Below, piece by piece: positions 53,554-53,965 of a stretch of 53,965 bases of DNA. The translations under genes were made by a program, and so were the position numbers. The number at the start of each line of letters is the position of its first letter. Within the stretch, counting starts at the first letter, position 1. The notes beneath the pieces were generated by a model. The model had not been told where the DNA came from. It saw only the letters and a program-made list of their open reading frames with translations, and searched no databases. This stretch comes from an uncultured Candidatus Actinomarina sp. Its GTDB lineage: Bacteria > Actinomycetota > Acidimicrobiia > Actinomarinales > Actinomarinaceae. The stretch covers positions 1-53,965 of the forward strand of contig CABYTP010000005.1 in assembly GCA_902521955.1 (NCBI GenBank), given 5' to 3'.

Positions 53554-53859
53554 TTGTTCTTTATCTTTAGTTAGAAAATTATAAAATTCTTTTTCGTTAA
53601 TTAGCTTAAATGAAGTTTGAGGATATAATTTACGAGCTAATTTAATCTTTTTTTGTTTCTTAGTAATTAATTTTTGATCCATGGTTGTTATCTCAATATA
53701 AGTATCATATTCAGGTAAGTAGAAATCAGGCGTAAACATCATTTTTATAGCACCACTACCCCACCTTAATGGAAAACTTCTTGGTTCATAAATCCAATTA
53801 ATGTCAAAAAGATCTAAATGTTCTGAAAACAATTTTTCTGAATAATGGGCAAATTTCAT
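53527..53859 (-). CDS. Small PD-(D/E)XK-fold protein, T7 endonuclease I-like pattern
   Basis: FAHYSE...L...W.YEP..F.......FTPDFYLP....IEITT. Confidence 0.7.
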   Translation of the reverse strand: MKFAHYSEKLFSEHLDLFDINWIYEPRSFPLRWGSGAIKMMFTPDFYLPEYDTYIEITTMDQKLITKKQKKIKLARKLYPQTSFKLINEKEFYNFLTKDKEQSVKEAIAS

Positions 53860-53965
53860 TTATTAACTGAAGAAATCTTATCAGGATATAAAGATAAAAT
53901 TTCCGCTTCCGTTTCAGTGTGAACAGGCCCTAGTGATATACCAAATACTGCTTGTCCTTTTCTTA
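53856..53965 (-). CDS. 3' end of an unidentified gene (partial)
   Basis: Minus strand reads ...RKGQAVFGISLGPVHTETEAEILSLYPDKISSVNK*, with TGA overlapping the next ATG. Confidence 0.6.
   Translation of the reverse strand, partial: RKGQAVFGISLGPVHTETEAEILSLYPDKISSVNK

Overview
This is a very AT-rich, densely packed chromosomal segment with conserved actinobacterial gene order. It runs thrS-pgsA-patA-pimA-pdxST-yebC-[ruv locus]-queA-tgt-yajC-secDF-rel-hisS-aspS-alaS-ruvX-mltG-efp-nusB-mihF-gmk-rpoZ-coaBC-priA-def-fmt-rpe-ribDE(BA)H-infC-rpmI-rplT-pheST-mpg-tyrS, followed by one complete 16S-23S-5S operon with no spacer tRNA. Short accessory regions flank both ends. Low GC, shortened proteins, overlapping genes and actinobacterial synteny suggest a streamlined marine Acidimicrobiia such as Ca. 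Actinomarina; this is an inference, not a database result. I found no CRISPR array, IS element or prophage. The most notable observation is that the position after yebC that normally holds ruvC-ruvA-ruvB holds a single 117-aa Hjc/phage-type PD-(D/E)XK resolvase-like gene. The window also has a PriA without recognisable helicase motifs and a second, T7 endonuclease I-like small protein, which together suggest a rewired junction-processing and fork-restart system. Other points of interest are a TyrRS with HIGH changed to TLGW and KMSKS to KMSQS, an unannotated 56-aa lipoprotein, a candidate ~65-nt sRNA, recurrent leaderless TANNNT-N6-7-ATG starts, an L20 leader with a probable ATA start for infC, and a divergent actinobacterial IHF.
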